A stretch of DNA of 64,000 bases. Origin: Coriobacteriaceae bacterium (GTDB taxonomy: Bacteria > Actinomycetota > Coriobacteriia > Coriobacteriales > Coriobacteriaceae). The notes beneath the pieces are model-generated. The model saw nothing but the letters and a program-made list of their open reading frames with translations. It did no database searches and had not been told where the DNA came from. Of this stretch, positions 20,086 through 33,072 are shown piece after piece (the stretch's first letter is position 1; each line of letters starts with the position of its first letter). The DNA lies in NCBI GenBank assembly GCA_902835305.1, contig CADFMD010000002.1:63374-127373 (forward strand). The letters are read 5' to 3'. The position numbers and the translations under genes are program-made.

Positions 20086-20691
20086 CTACCCCGCCTCGCG
20101 CATCCAGCGATCGAACGTCCCCACGCACACGCCCAGGCACTTTGCCGCCTGGCTGCGGGTAATATCGCCCGCCTCATAGCTATCGCGTACCAGCTCAAAC
20201 TGAGGAGGGCACGGCTTGCGAGGTCGACCGAAACGAACCCCTCGCGCCCGCGCCGCTGCAATTCCCTCCGCCTGGCGCCGATGGATATTCTCGCGCTCCA
20301 CCTGCGCCACGTAGCTCAGCAGTTGCAGCACAATATCGGCAATCAGGGTGTTGGTCACATCCGGCGCGCCGCTGGCCCTGACGCGCGTGTCAAGCAATGG
20401 CATATCCAACACCACAATGGCAACCCCGAGCTCCTTGGTAATGCGTCGCCATTCCTCAAGAATCTCGGAGTAATTACGACCAAGTCGGTCGATAGAAAGC
20501 ACCACCAGCACGTCCCCGTCTCCCAGGACGTGTAGCAGCTCGCGATAACGCGGTCGATCGAAGTCCTTGCCGCTCGCATGGTCGGCATAAATATTCGCCG
20601 AGCCCACGCCATAGGCGCCCAGCGCATCCAGCTGCCGATTAAGGTTCTGATCGCGCGAACTCACCCGCGCATAACCGTACACCGTCGCCAT
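20086..20691 (-). CDS. Small serine recombinase (resolvase/invertase family)
   Basis: N-terminal YARVSSRDQNL with the catalytic Ser, D..R resolvase core, C-terminal HTH; ~201 aa. Confidence 0.85.
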   Translation of the reverse strand: MATVYGYARVSSRDQNLNRQLDALGAYGVGSANIYADHASGKDFDRPRYRELLHVLGDGDVLVVLSIDRLGRNYSEILEEWRRITKELGVAIVVLDMPLLDTRVRASGAPDVTNTLIADIVLQLLSYVAQVERENIHRRQAEGIAAARARGVRFGRPRKPCPPQFELVRDSYEAGDITRSQAAKCLGVCVGTFDRWMREAG

Positions 20692-20803
20692 CTCATCCCC
20701 GCTTTCTTGTATACCTGCCAAAAAGGGACAGGTTTATTTTGGTAGGTTTTACCTCTCAAATAGCAGGTAAGCGGGCAGCCGAGCAGACGGCAAGGTAGCC
20801 ACG

Positions 20804-20831
20804 ATTCAAATGCGGAGGGCGGCCCCGAAAG
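20804..20831 (-). terminator. GC-rich hairpin immediately 3' of rnr
   Basis: GGAGGGCGGccccgaaagaCCGCCCTCC, 9-bp stem; the U-tract is weak. Confidence 0.5.
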
Positions 20832-20868
20832 ACCGCCCTCCACTCTCCCGCCACGAGTCGGGATTTAG

Positions 20869-23004
20869 CTAATGGATAAGCTTAAAGTCCAAGTGTCCAC
20901 GCGTGGTATTGACGCGCGAGACCTCGATAATCACGCGCTGGTCCAGTTCATAGCGAGTCCCCGTGTCGGTGCCCGTCAGCGTAAGCGCGTCCTCGTCGAA
21001 CTCGAACCACTCGTTGCCCAGGCTCTTAATTGAAACCAGGCCCTCGACCTGCGTCAAATCCAGGCGTACGAACAGGCCCATACTGCTAACCCACGAGACG
21101 GTTCCGGCATAGCGCTCGCCCAGACGGTCCTCATAGTACTGGGCAATCTTGATCTTTTGCGTCGCATGGCTGGCGGCATCTGCCGCGCGCTCGGCATCGC
21201 TGCATGCGCGGCAGATCTGCGGCAGAATGCGCGGCAGCGACTCGCGCCCCTTGCCGATCAGCCGCGGCGTGCGGACCAAGGCGTCCTTGCCGCCGAGCTG
21301 CTCATAGGCCAACTGCAGCTTGAGTACGCGGTGCACCACCAGATCGGGGTAGCGACGGATGGGACTCGTAAAGTGACAGTAGCACGGCGCGGCGAGCGCA
21401 AAGTGGCCCTCGTTGCGCGGCTTGTACAGCGCGCGCTGCATGCTGCGCAGAAGCAGCGTGTTAACGAGCGGTGCGTTGGCCGTACCGGCGGCAGCATCGA
21501 CTGCAGCCTGCAGCTCATCGGGACTCCCCAGGGCAATACCGGCAGCACGGCGATCGTCGATGATGCCGAGCTGCGCCAGCGCAACGGCGGCACCGTGCAG
21601 GCTATCGGGGCTCGGATCCTCATGCACGCGATAGCAGGCCTCGATATCACGGTCTGCCAGCCACTCTGCAACGCACTCGTTGGCGAGCAGCATGGCTTCC
21701 TCGATAAGCGACGTGGCACACGAACGCTCACGCGCCACAATCTGCACGGGTGCTCCGTCCTCATCCAATAGAGCGCGAATCTCGGCCGTGTCAAAATCGA
21801 CTGAGCCGCGAGCACGACGAATACGACGGCGAAGTTCGGCGAGTTCGTTAGCGGCGACAAGGAAATCGCCGAGGTCGATGTTGTAGCCGCGGGCGGTCTC
21901 CTCGCACGCAAGACCGCGCTCAAGCGCCTCCTCGCGCGAGGTCTCAGCAGCCGCAACATCCTCGGCCGCACCCTCCAGCACCGAATACTCAACCGCGCCG
22001 GCACGCACCAGCAGCGCCTCGGCGCCGTCATAGTCCATACGCACACGCGAGCGAATCACGCTGGGGTACGGATCGTAATGCCGCACGCGACCCTGCGCAT
22101 CGAGCTCGATATCGACGGTAAACGCAAGACGGTCCTCGTCAGGGCGAAGCGAGCACAGGTCACAGGACAGGCGTTCGGGCAGCATGGGAAGCACGCGATC
22201 GGCCAGATACACCGATGTCGTGCGATGGCGAGCCTCAAGATCGATATGCCCGTCCCAAGCCACATAGTGTGAAACGTCGGCGATATGCACGCCCAGCTTG
22301 TAGCCACCCTCGGGCGTGCGCTCCAGCGAAATGGCATCGTCAAAGTCGCGCGCGTCGATTGGGTCGATCGTGATGACAAAGCGGTCACGAAGATCGCGGC
22401 GGAGCGGGTCCTTAAGCGCCGCGGACACATCGAGCGAAAGCCCCTTGGCCTCGTCCAGCGCGGCCTCGGGATAGCTATCGGTATAGCCGTAACGCGCCAT
22501 CACATACTGAACGCCCAAATCGGGCGCGTCATCTCCGCCAATGCGACGCTCGATCGTCACGGTGCCCGATTCCAGGCGCGTCGGGTAGGTCAAAATGCGC
22601 GCGACAACGGCATCACCCGGGTGGACGCCCAGACGATCCGCCGAGGTATCCTCGGGCAGAATGAAGAAGTCGGCCTTCAAGCGCGAATCGAGCGGTTCGA
22701 TCACACCGAGCGGACCGGCGGTCTGGTACGTACCCACCACGCTTATGGCTGCGCGCTCAACCACGCCTTCGATCACGGCGCGCCGCTCACCGTGCGGGCT
22801 GTTCTTAATGCTCACGGCAACGGTATCGCCATCCATGATCTCGCGCTTACCGCGGCCCATGACCTTGTAGTCGCCATTCTCGGTTACGACGTAGGCACTG
22901 TGCTCATGGAGCTGCACGCGCCCGGTCAGGCTCGGACGGCGTTCGCTGCGCACCGGCCCGCGCTTATTGCGAGCTCCACGCTTATGCTTGTTATTGCGCC
23001 CCAT
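20869..23004 (-). CDS. rnr: Ribonuclease R
   Basis: 711 aa; cold-shock/OB domains, RNB catalytic domain, C-terminal S1 domain; RBS TAGGAGG. Confidence 0.9.
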   Translation of the reverse strand: MGRNNKHKRGARNKRGPVRSERRPSLTGRVQLHEHSAYVVTENGDYKVMGRGKREIMDGDTVAVSIKNSPHGERRAVIEGVVERAAISVVGTYQTAGPLGVIEPLDSRLKADFFILPEDTSADRLGVHPGDAVVARILTYPTRLESGTVTIERRIGGDDAPDLGVQYVMARYGYTDSYPEAALDEAKGLSLDVSAALKDPLRRDLRDRFVITIDPIDARDFDDAISLERTPEGGYKLGVHIADVSHYVAWDGHIDLEARHRTTSVYLADRVLPMLPERLSCDLCSLRPDEDRLAFTVDIELDAQGRVRHYDPYPSVIRSRVRMDYDGAEALLVRAGAVEYSVLEGAAEDVAAAETSREEALERGLACEETARGYNIDLGDFLVAANELAELRRRIRRARGSVDFDTAEIRALLDEDGAPVQIVARERSCATSLIEEAMLLANECVAEWLADRDIEACYRVHEDPSPDSLHGAAVALAQLGIIDDRRAAGIALGSPDELQAAVDAAAGTANAPLVNTLLLRSMQRALYKPRNEGHFALAAPCYCHFTSPIRRYPDLVVHRVLKLQLAYEQLGGKDALVRTPRLIGKGRESLPRILPQICRACSDAERAADAASHATQKIKIAQYYEDRLGERYAGTVSWVSSMGLFVRLDLTQVEGLVSIKSLGNEWFEFDEDALTLTGTDTGTRYELDQRVIIEVSRVNTTRGHLDFKLIH

Positions 23005-23196
23005 GGCGCCTCCTAACTATCGATGGACGTTTACACCCCAAGAGTCTACCCAAATGGTCCTTAGGGGGCGGAGGAAAACGGATCACATAGATAGACCAGC
23101 GCCACGATGATCCGCAATCCTGCCGTCCCCTAGGGATCAAAAAACGGGCCGCCCCATAAGAGACGACCCGTTGGAAGGGATGAATTCCAGGCATGC

Positions 23197-24117
23197 CTAC
23201 ACGCGCAGGTAGCGGCGCATGGCTATGGCAGAACCAAAGAGACCGATAATCACACCGACCAGAATCAGCGCAGCATAGGTCACCAGGTAGTACTGCATCG
23301 GCAGGGCAAACGACATCCAGCCGATGCTCTCCTGCAAACGCGGAATCATCAGATTGCGCAGCAACTCCAGAACGCCGATGGAAAGCAGCGAGCCCAAAAT
23401 GGCCTGCAGTACGCCCTCGGTGATAAACGGGCCGCGAATGAAGCCGTTGCTTGCGCCCACCAGACGCATGATCGCAATCTCACGACGACGCGCCGTGATG
23501 GACAGGCGAATCGTGTTGTTGATGAAGATGAATGCGATAAAGGTCAAAAGGCCAACGAGCACCACGGCGGCGATGCGGATGTAGTTGGTCACCTGGAACA
23601 GGCGGCTCACTTCCTCTTGGCCGTACAGCACGCTCGCGTTGACGTCGCCGTCATCCGCGATCTTCTGGAAGTCGGCGTTCTTCTTGAGCTTCTGGGCCGT
23701 GCTCTCGACCTTGGACGGATCGTCCATCTCAATTGCAAACGAAGCCGGCAGCGGGTTCTGGCCATCGAGCGCGCTCATGGTGGCGTCGGCGTTGCCCGAC
23801 ATCTTGCTCGTATACTCGGCCAGCGCGTCGTCCTTGTCCTTGTACGTCACGGACTTGACGTTGCTCCACGTCTTGAGCTCAGCCTCAAAGGCCTGAACAT
23901 CTGCCTGGTCGGCGTCATCGCTAATAAAGGCGTTGATGACGACCTGATCCTCGACGGTGCCGATCACGGAGTTCAGCATCGCGGAGCCCATGATGAACAG
24001 GCCGATGATAAACAGCGAAAGGAAGATCGTGATGACGGCGCCGAGCGAGGTAGTCCAGTTACGGAAGAAGTGACTGATTGCCTCTTTGAAGGAGTAGCCC
24101 ACGTTAGTTGGTGCCAT
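23197..24117 (-). CDS. ftsX: Cell-division ABC transporter permease
   Basis: 306 aa, four TM helices with a large extracellular loop; overlaps ftsE by 14 nt. Confidence 0.85.
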   Translation of the reverse strand: MAPTNVGYSFKEAISHFFRNWTTSLGAVITIFLSLFIIGLFIMGSAMLNSVIGTVEDQVVINAFISDDADQADVQAFEAELKTWSNVKSVTYKDKDDALAEYTSKMSGNADATMSALDGQNPLPASFAIEMDDPSKVESTAQKLKKNADFQKIADDGDVNASVLYGQEEVSRLFQVTNYIRIAAVVLVGLLTFIAFIFINNTIRLSITARRREIAIMRLVGASNGFIRGPFITEGVLQAILGSLLSIGVLELLRNLMIPRLQESIGWMSFALPMQYYLVTYAALILVGVIIGLFGSAIAMRRYLRV

Positions 24118-24829
24118 AGTTGCCGTAACCTCCCCTCTCCTGGTCGCGGATAACGTGGCCGCCCTCGAGGGCGATCACGCGACGGTGCATGCTATCGACC
24201 ATCTCGCGGTCGTGCGTGGCGACGATCACGGTGGTGCCGGTGCGGTTAATACGCTCGAGCAGCTTCATGATGCCCAGCGAGATCGCCGGGTCGAGGTTAC
24301 CCGTGGGCTCGTCGCAGATCAGCAGCGGCGGACGGTTGACCATAGCGCGGGCGACGGCGACGCGCTGCTGCTCGCCACCGGAAAGCTGGTCGGGCAGCGA
24401 ATCCATCTGATCGGCCAGACCGACCAGACGCAGCACCTCCGGCACCTGGCTGCGAATGACGCCCTTGGGCTTGCCGATGCACTGCAGGGCAAACGCCACG
24501 TTTTCGTAGGCGGTCTTTTGCGGCAGAAGCTTAAAGTCCTGGAACACGGCGCCAATCTGGCGGCGCAGGAACGGAACCTTGCGGTTCTTGATCTTCATGA
24601 GGTCCTGACCGGCAACCAAGATGCGGCCGCTCGTCGGCTTGACGTCGCGGTTGAGCGTCGACAGCAGCGTGGTCTTACCCGAGCCGGAATGACCGACCAG
24701 GAAGACGAACTCGCCCGGATAGATCTCGATGTTGATGTCGTCGAGTGCAGGCTTGTTGGGCTGTGCCGGATAGATCTTGGTGACATGCTCCATAAGGATG
24801 ACGGGCTCGACACCGGCCTGCTTGGCCAT
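24104..24829 (-). CDS. ftsE: Cell-division ABC transporter ATPase; the ORF stays open upstream to 25324, which would add a ~165-aa Pro/Ala/Gln-rich N-terminal extension
   Basis: Walker A GHSGSGKTT, ABC signature LSGGEQQR, Walker B LLICDEPT; core start taken at MAKQAG (24829), alternative MEH (24793). Confidence 0.8.
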   Translation of the reverse strand: MAKQAGVEPVILMEHVTKIYPAQPNKPALDDINIEIYPGEFVFLVGHSGSGKTTLLSTLNRDVKPTSGRILVAGQDLMKIKNRKVPFLRRQIGAVFQDFKLLPQKTAYENVAFALQCIGKPKGVIRSQVPEVLRLVGLADQMDSLPDQLSGGEQQRVAVARAMVNRPPLLICDEPTGNLDPAISLGIMKLLERINRTGTTVIVATHDREMVDSMHRRVIALEGGHVIRDQERGGYGNYGTN

Positions 24830-25431
24830 CTTCTTGCGGCTGGCTTGCGGATCGATGGGCGCAAACACCGACGTAAAATCGGGGTTGTTGAGCGCGTTAT
24901 CGAGGCTTGCGACCTCGGCGGCCTGATCGCTCTCGACCACCGGGGCAGCAGGCTGCGTGGGATCGGGAATAGCGGCAAAGAGACCGGACTGCGCAGGCTG
25001 AGGAACCGGCGTCGCAGGGGCCATGGGGTCGGGAATGCCGGCCATGGTAGGCTGCGGCGCGGCGGCGCCAGCCTGAGGCTGCTCCACGCGAGCGGTCACA
25101 GCCTGAACGGGCTCAAAACCCGCCGTGCCGGAAAGCGCAACATCGCTGGTGGGATTGTAGGCAAAGGGATCGGATGCCGGCTGTGCCTGATCTGCCGGCT
25201 GAGCGGGGGCCTGAGCAACAGGCTGGCCCTCTGAATCCGGAGTGGCGAAACGACTGCCCTGGACGACTGTCTGCGTCTTGGGGGCATCATCGCCCGCACC
25301 GGAGGTACGGAAGTGGTTACCCACTGGTGCTCCTTATCGTCGTGCGTTTAAACTACATGAGCGCTTTGTATTTTAGCAGCATTAGCTTTACTGCACATAA
25401 GAAGCATGGCGGGGTTTGGTCCCACCGGCTG

Positions 25432-25544
25432 CGCACAGGGTTACCTCCCAAATCGTCCTCGGACATGTCGGCGCCCCCGCTGCGCGCTTCGCGCTGCGGG
25501 GGCGCCTCCGTCCTGCGGAAAGATTTGGGAGGTAATCCTGTGCG
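25432..25544. promoter_or_regulatory. Three-tier imperfect palindrome (~113 nt) between tkt and ftsE
   Basis: Outer 23-bp arms CGCACAGGGTTACCTCCCAAATC / GATTTGGGAGGTAATCCTGTGCG with one mismatch; inner 11-bp arms GGCGCCCCCGC / GCGGGGGCGCC. Confidence 0.6.
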
Positions 25545-25772
25545 CGGCCTGCGGCTACTATGGGGTCGCCGCGTGATCTTGGGGTGCTGCACATACAAAG
25601 TTGGGAGGGCTGAATTGCACGTTGCCGTACTGGGCCCTTTTCCCGAAGAAGGCCTTGCTTGATGCGGCACTGATTTTGCTGAAATATAAAAACAGGGGCG
25701 TCCTCTTTTTGAGGGCGTCCCTGTCTACGTCTATTTGCTATTGGCTTGTGGCCGATTTGAGCGGTGGTTGCT

Positions 25773-26714
25773 CTATGCCAAGAACTCCTTGGTGGTCGCC
25801 ACGATGTTGGCGGCGTCCAGGCCGTACTTGTGCAGGAGCTCGGCACCCGGGCCGGACTCGCCGAAGGTGTCGTTGACACCAATCTTCTTGAGCGGCGTCG
25901 GGCACTGCTCACACAGGACGTCGGCAACGGCGCTGCCCAGGCCACCGATCACGGAGTGCTCCTCGACGGTCACGACGTGGCCGGTCTTGGTGGCGCTCTT
26001 GACGATCAGATCGGCATCGATGGGCTTGATGGTGTGCATGTTGATGACCTCGGCGTCGATGCCCTCGGCAGCGAGCTGCTCGGCGGCCTCGAGAGCCTCG
26101 CCGACCATCAGGCCGCAGGCGATGATGGTCACATCGGCGCCCTCGCGCATGACAATGCCCTTACCCAACTCGAACTTGTAGGTCTCGGGGTCGTTGATAA
26201 CCGGCGAGGCCAAACGGGCGAAGCGCATGTACACCGGACCGTCGCACTCGTAGGCGGCGCGCGTCACGGCGCGGGCCTCCACGTCGTCGGCGGGAACAAT
26301 TACGGTCATGCCGGGGATGACGCGCATGAGGGCGATATCCTCGCAGCACTGGTGCGTGGCGCCGTCCTCGCCCACCGAGATGCCGGCGTGCGTGGCACCG
26401 ATCTTAACGTTGAGGTGCGGGTAGCCGATGGAGTTGCGGACCTGCTCAAAGGCGCGACCGGCAGCGAACATGGCAAAGGTACTCGCGAAGGCAACACGAC
26501 CGGTGGTCGCGATACCGGCGGCGACGCCCATCAGGTTGCTCTCGGCGATACCCACGTCGAAGAAGCGGTCGGGGCAAGCGGCCTTAAACTTACCGGTCTG
26601 CGTGGCGGCGGCCAGGTCGGCGTCGAGGACCACAAAGTCATCGTGCTCGTTGGCGAGCTCGACGAGGGCCTCGCCGTAGCTTACACGCGTGGCGATTTTC
26701 TTGACGTCTGCCAT
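25773..26714 (-). CDS. Transketolase, C-terminal (pyrimidine-binding) subunit
   Basis: 313 aa; ..FFDVGIAESNLMGVAAG.. consensus; RBS GGAGAGGAG; the track ORF is longer but its N-terminal part is non-coding low complexity. Confidence 0.9.
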   Translation of the reverse strand: MADVKKIATRVSYGEALVELANEHDDFVVLDADLAAATQTGKFKAACPDRFFDVGIAESNLMGVAAGIATTGRVAFASTFAMFAAGRAFEQVRNSIGYPHLNVKIGATHAGISVGEDGATHQCCEDIALMRVIPGMTVIVPADDVEARAVTRAAYECDGPVYMRFARLASPVINDPETYKFELGKGIVMREGADVTIIACGLMVGEALEAAEQLAAEGIDAEVINMHTIKPIDADLIVKSATKTGHVVTVEEHSVIGGLGSAVADVLCEQCPTPLKKIGVNDTFGESGPGAELLHKYGLDAANIVATTKEFLA

Positions 26715-26715
26715 C

Positions 26716-27546
26716 CTAGAGCTCCTCTCCGGCGGCCGTGAGCTCTGCCATGGCCTGCTCAAACTGTTCATCGTTGGGGGCCTTGCCGTGCCAACCAACC
26801 TGGTTCTCCATAAAGGACACGCCCTTGCCCTTTGTGGTCTCGGCGATAATGGCGGTCGGCTGCCCCTTGGTGGCGCGAGCCTCGGCAAAGGCGGCGCGGA
26901 TCTGGTCGAAGTCGTTGCCGTCGGCAAGCTCCACCACGTGGAACTTGAACGCGCGGAACTTGTCGGCGAGCGGCATGGGGTCGTTGACCTCCTCGACGGG
27001 ACCGTCAATCTGAAGGCCGTTGTGGTCGACGATCACGCAGAGGTTATCGAGCTGCTGGTTGCCGGCAAACATGGCGGCCTCCCAGACCTGGCCCTCCTCG
27101 CTCTCGCCATCACCCAGCAGGGCGTACGTGCGATAAGTATCGCCCCAGTGCTTGGCGGCAACGGCCATGCCCACGGCGGCGGAAATGCCCTGGCCGAGCG
27201 AGCCGGTGGACATATCGACGCCCGGGGTGTCGTTCATGTTAGGGTGACCTTGCAGGTGGCTGCCGATGTGGCGCAGCGTCTCGAGATCCTCCTTGGGGAA
27301 GAATCCGCGCTCGGCGAGCACGGCGTACAGACCAGGCGCGCAATGACCCTTGGAAAGCACGAAGCGATCGCGGTCGGCCTTGCGGGGGTCGGCCGGGTCG
27401 ACGTTCATTTCCTCAAAGTACAGATAGGTCATGATGTCGGCAGCGCCGAGCGAACCGCCCGGATGGCCGGACTTGGCAGCGTGCACGCCGGTGACGATGC
27501 CCTTCCTTACCTCGTTGGCAACCTTTTTGAGCTCTTCGTCGCTCAT
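26716..27546 (-). CDS. Transketolase, N-terminal (TPP-binding) subunit
   Basis: 276 aa; GHPGGSLGAADIM and GDGE..EG TPP motifs; stop lies 1 nt from the start of the C-terminal subunit gene. Confidence 0.9.
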   Translation of the reverse strand: MSDEELKKVANEVRKGIVTGVHAAKSGHPGGSLGAADIMTYLYFEEMNVDPADPRKADRDRFVLSKGHCAPGLYAVLAERGFFPKEDLETLRHIGSHLQGHPNMNDTPGVDMSTGSLGQGISAAVGMAVAAKHWGDTYRTYALLGDGESEEGQVWEAAMFAGNQQLDNLCVIVDHNGLQIDGPVEEVNDPMPLADKFRAFKFHVVELADGNDFDQIRAAFAEARATKGQPTAIIAETTKGKGVSFMENQVGWHGKAPNDEQFEQAMAELTAAGEEL

Positions 27547-27753
27547 TGTGCCTTCCTTTCATCCTCATTAGACAAAATGCGCACGGCACCGAAGGTAATC
27601 CCAACACAGCCGCAATGCACGTACGTCATTCATTATGCTGGAAACTGATGGCTTTACCAGAGTTTTTATCATTATTTGAACAATTGAGCAGGCAGAACCG
27701 CTGATGAAACGGTTTATCAATGTGAACGTCTTTTGGATGGGACGCGGTCGGCC

Positions 27754-28644
27754 CTACGCGCTAATGTCCTTGAATCCCTCGCCGAAGGCTTCCGTAACGT
27801 CGGCGACCGTCACAATGGCGTGAGGATCGCGCTCGCGCACGATCGTCTTGAGGGTATTGAGCTCCCGACGGCTCACGATGACCATGATCACCGGCTTCTC
27901 GGCACCCGAATACATGCCAGTCGCCTTAAACTTGGTACAACCACGACCCAGGCCATACATGATATCGGCAGCGATATCGGGGAACTTGTCCGAGATGATG
28001 AGTACCATACGGCGTTTGTTGCCACCATCGACCACGGCATCGATCACGTAGCCGCTAATGACCATCGAAAGGCCTGCATATAGTGCATTTTCGATTGAAA
28101 AGACCGGAGCCGACAGCGCACATACGGCAACATCGATCGCCATGACGGTCGAGCCCACGGGCAGCGAGGTATTACGCGAGATGATTTGGCCAATCGTGTC
28201 CGAGCCGCCGGTGTTGGCGCCGGCGCGCAGCACCATGCCATAACCGATGCCCGTGATGATGCCGCCCCACATAGCGGGCAGCATCAGATCGGCATGTGCC
28301 AGCGGCGCCACAAACGGAGCGAACAGGTCGGTGAAAAAGCCCAGCAGCACAAAGCCCGTCGCCGTCTGCACCACGTAGAACATGCCACCCTCGCGCATAA
28401 CGACCAGCAGCAGCAAGGCGTTCATCACGATCGTCTGAATACCAACGGGAAGCGATAGACCGCGCGATGCGCCGACCGCCTGGATAATGGTGGCAAGGCC
28501 CGTAACGCCACCGGCAGCAAGGCCGTTGGGAATCAAAAACAGGTCGGTCGCAATAGCGGCCAGAGCGCACCCCAACATAATCTGGGGCAGGTCGTGAAAG
28601 AAGTTCATCGAAAGAATACGCTTAATGTCCAGACGATATGCCAT
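27754..28644 (-). CDS. YitT-family (DUF161/DUF2179) membrane protein
   Basis: N-terminal 5-TM domain plus C-terminal DUF2179 region; typical YitT organisation. Confidence 0.65.
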   Translation of the reverse strand: MAYRLDIKRILSMNFFHDLPQIMLGCALAAIATDLFLIPNGLAAGGVTGLATIIQAVGASRGLSLPVGIQTIVMNALLLLVVMREGGMFYVVQTATGFVLLGFFTDLFAPFVAPLAHADLMLPAMWGGIITGIGYGMVLRAGANTGGSDTIGQIISRNTSLPVGSTVMAIDVAVCALSAPVFSIENALYAGLSMVISGYVIDAVVDGGNKRRMVLIISDKFPDIAADIMYGLGRGCTKFKATGMYSGAEKPVIMVIVSRRELNTLKTIVRERDPHAIVTVADVTEAFGEGFKDISA

Positions 28645-28809
28645 GCTGCCTCCCTCAAAAAAGCGCACCCAAACGGATGCGCTTCGAACTTCTTGCTGTA
28701 TTCGATTCTACCGATTCGCCGGACAAAAACCACCCCTGCGCAGGGTTTATTCCGGATACAAACCCGTCCAACCGTTGGGCTTAGCATCGGCTTGAAGCCG
28801 CCCGATGTT

Positions 28810-29957
28810 TTAGATCTCCGAGCCTTCTGCATCGGCGTTGCCGGTGGCCCAGCGATGATAGCCAATAACAAACGGGTCCAGGTCGCCATCGTCAAGAACT
28901 GCCTCGACGTTGCTGGTCTCAACGCCCGTGCGTAGGTCCTTAACCATCTGATACGGGTAGAGCACGTAGCTGCGGATCTGGTTGCCAAAACCAATCGTGG
29001 TTTTGGGTCCGCGAATCTCATCCAGGGCCTCGGCGCGCTTCTCGAGCTCAATCTCGTACAGGCGAGCCTTGAGGATCTGCATGCACGCGGCCTTGTTCTG
29101 GATCTGGCTGCGCTCGTTTTGGCAGGTGACCACAATGCCGCTGGGGAAATGCGTCACGCGCACGGCGGAGTCGGTGGTGTTAACGCCCTGACCGCCCGGG
29201 CCGCTCGCGTGGTACACGTCCACGCGGATGTCATCGGGACTGATTTCGATGTCGATATCATCGGGTAGCACGGGGATGACCTCGACGCCGGCAAACGTGG
29301 TCTGGCGGCGCTTCTTGTCGTCGGTGGGGCTAATGCGAACCAAGCGGTGGACGCCGGCCTCGGCGCGCAGCATGCCAAATGCGTCCTTGCCCTCGACGGT
29401 AAAGGTCGCGCGGTCGATGCCGATGACCTCAGCAGCGGGGCAGTCGTTAATCGTGACCTTCCAGCCGCGACGCTGGCAGTACTTCATGTACATCTTAAAG
29501 AGCATGAAGGTCCAGTCCTGGGCCTCCAGACCACCCTGTCCGGGCTTGATGGTCACAATGGCATCGCCGTGATCGAACTCACCGGTAAACCAGCTCGAAA
29601 GCTCAAGCTCATCGATGGCACGGGCCAGGCGCTCAGCCGTGGCTGTAGCCTCCTCGCGAAGAGCGGCGGCATCGGGGTCATCCCCCATCTCCTCGGCAAG
29701 CTCCAGCGCGGCGCGGGCATCGGAAAGCTCGCCGCGCGCGTTGTCCACGGCGGCGATATCTTCCTTGGTGCGCGCGATTTCCTCCATGGTGGCACGGGCG
29801 GCGTCGGCGTCATCCCAAAAGCCGGGGGCCACGCTTTTGGCCTCAAGCTCGGTCACGCGCGTGCGCTTCTCGTCCAAATGAAGATACGACTCGACCTCGC
29901 CGAGCCGGTCCGCAAACGCGTCCAGCTCGGCGGGCGTTACCTCTAAAGCCTCGGCCA

Positions 29958-29958
<1 letters not shown>
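28810..29958 (-). CDS. prfB: Peptide chain release factor 2, a single uninterrupted ORF with no programmed frameshift
   Basis: SPF tripeptide and GGQHVNTTDSAVR (GGQ) motif; start ATG overlaps the secA stop (TAATG). Confidence 0.9.
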
Positions 29959-32786
<2,828 letters not shown>

Positions 32787-33072
32787 CGCCCACGCCGTGC
32801 AGCTGCGGGCGAGTTAAACACAGATGATTGTACTTTAGCCAAACAAGGCGCGGCCTATACGGTCGACCTCGACCGCCACGTAATAACTATGACCAACCTG
32901 CCACAATGGGACAGGTTTATTTTGGCAAGTTTTATCTGAGCAAACGCCGTCTCTCTGCCATTTGGTGCCACGGGGACAGGTTAGCTTGCACCAATAAAAA
33001 GAAAAGGGCCGCGCACCCAAATGGATGCACGGCCCTTGTGCCATGAATGCGAGCGATTCCGCGGCGAGCTAT

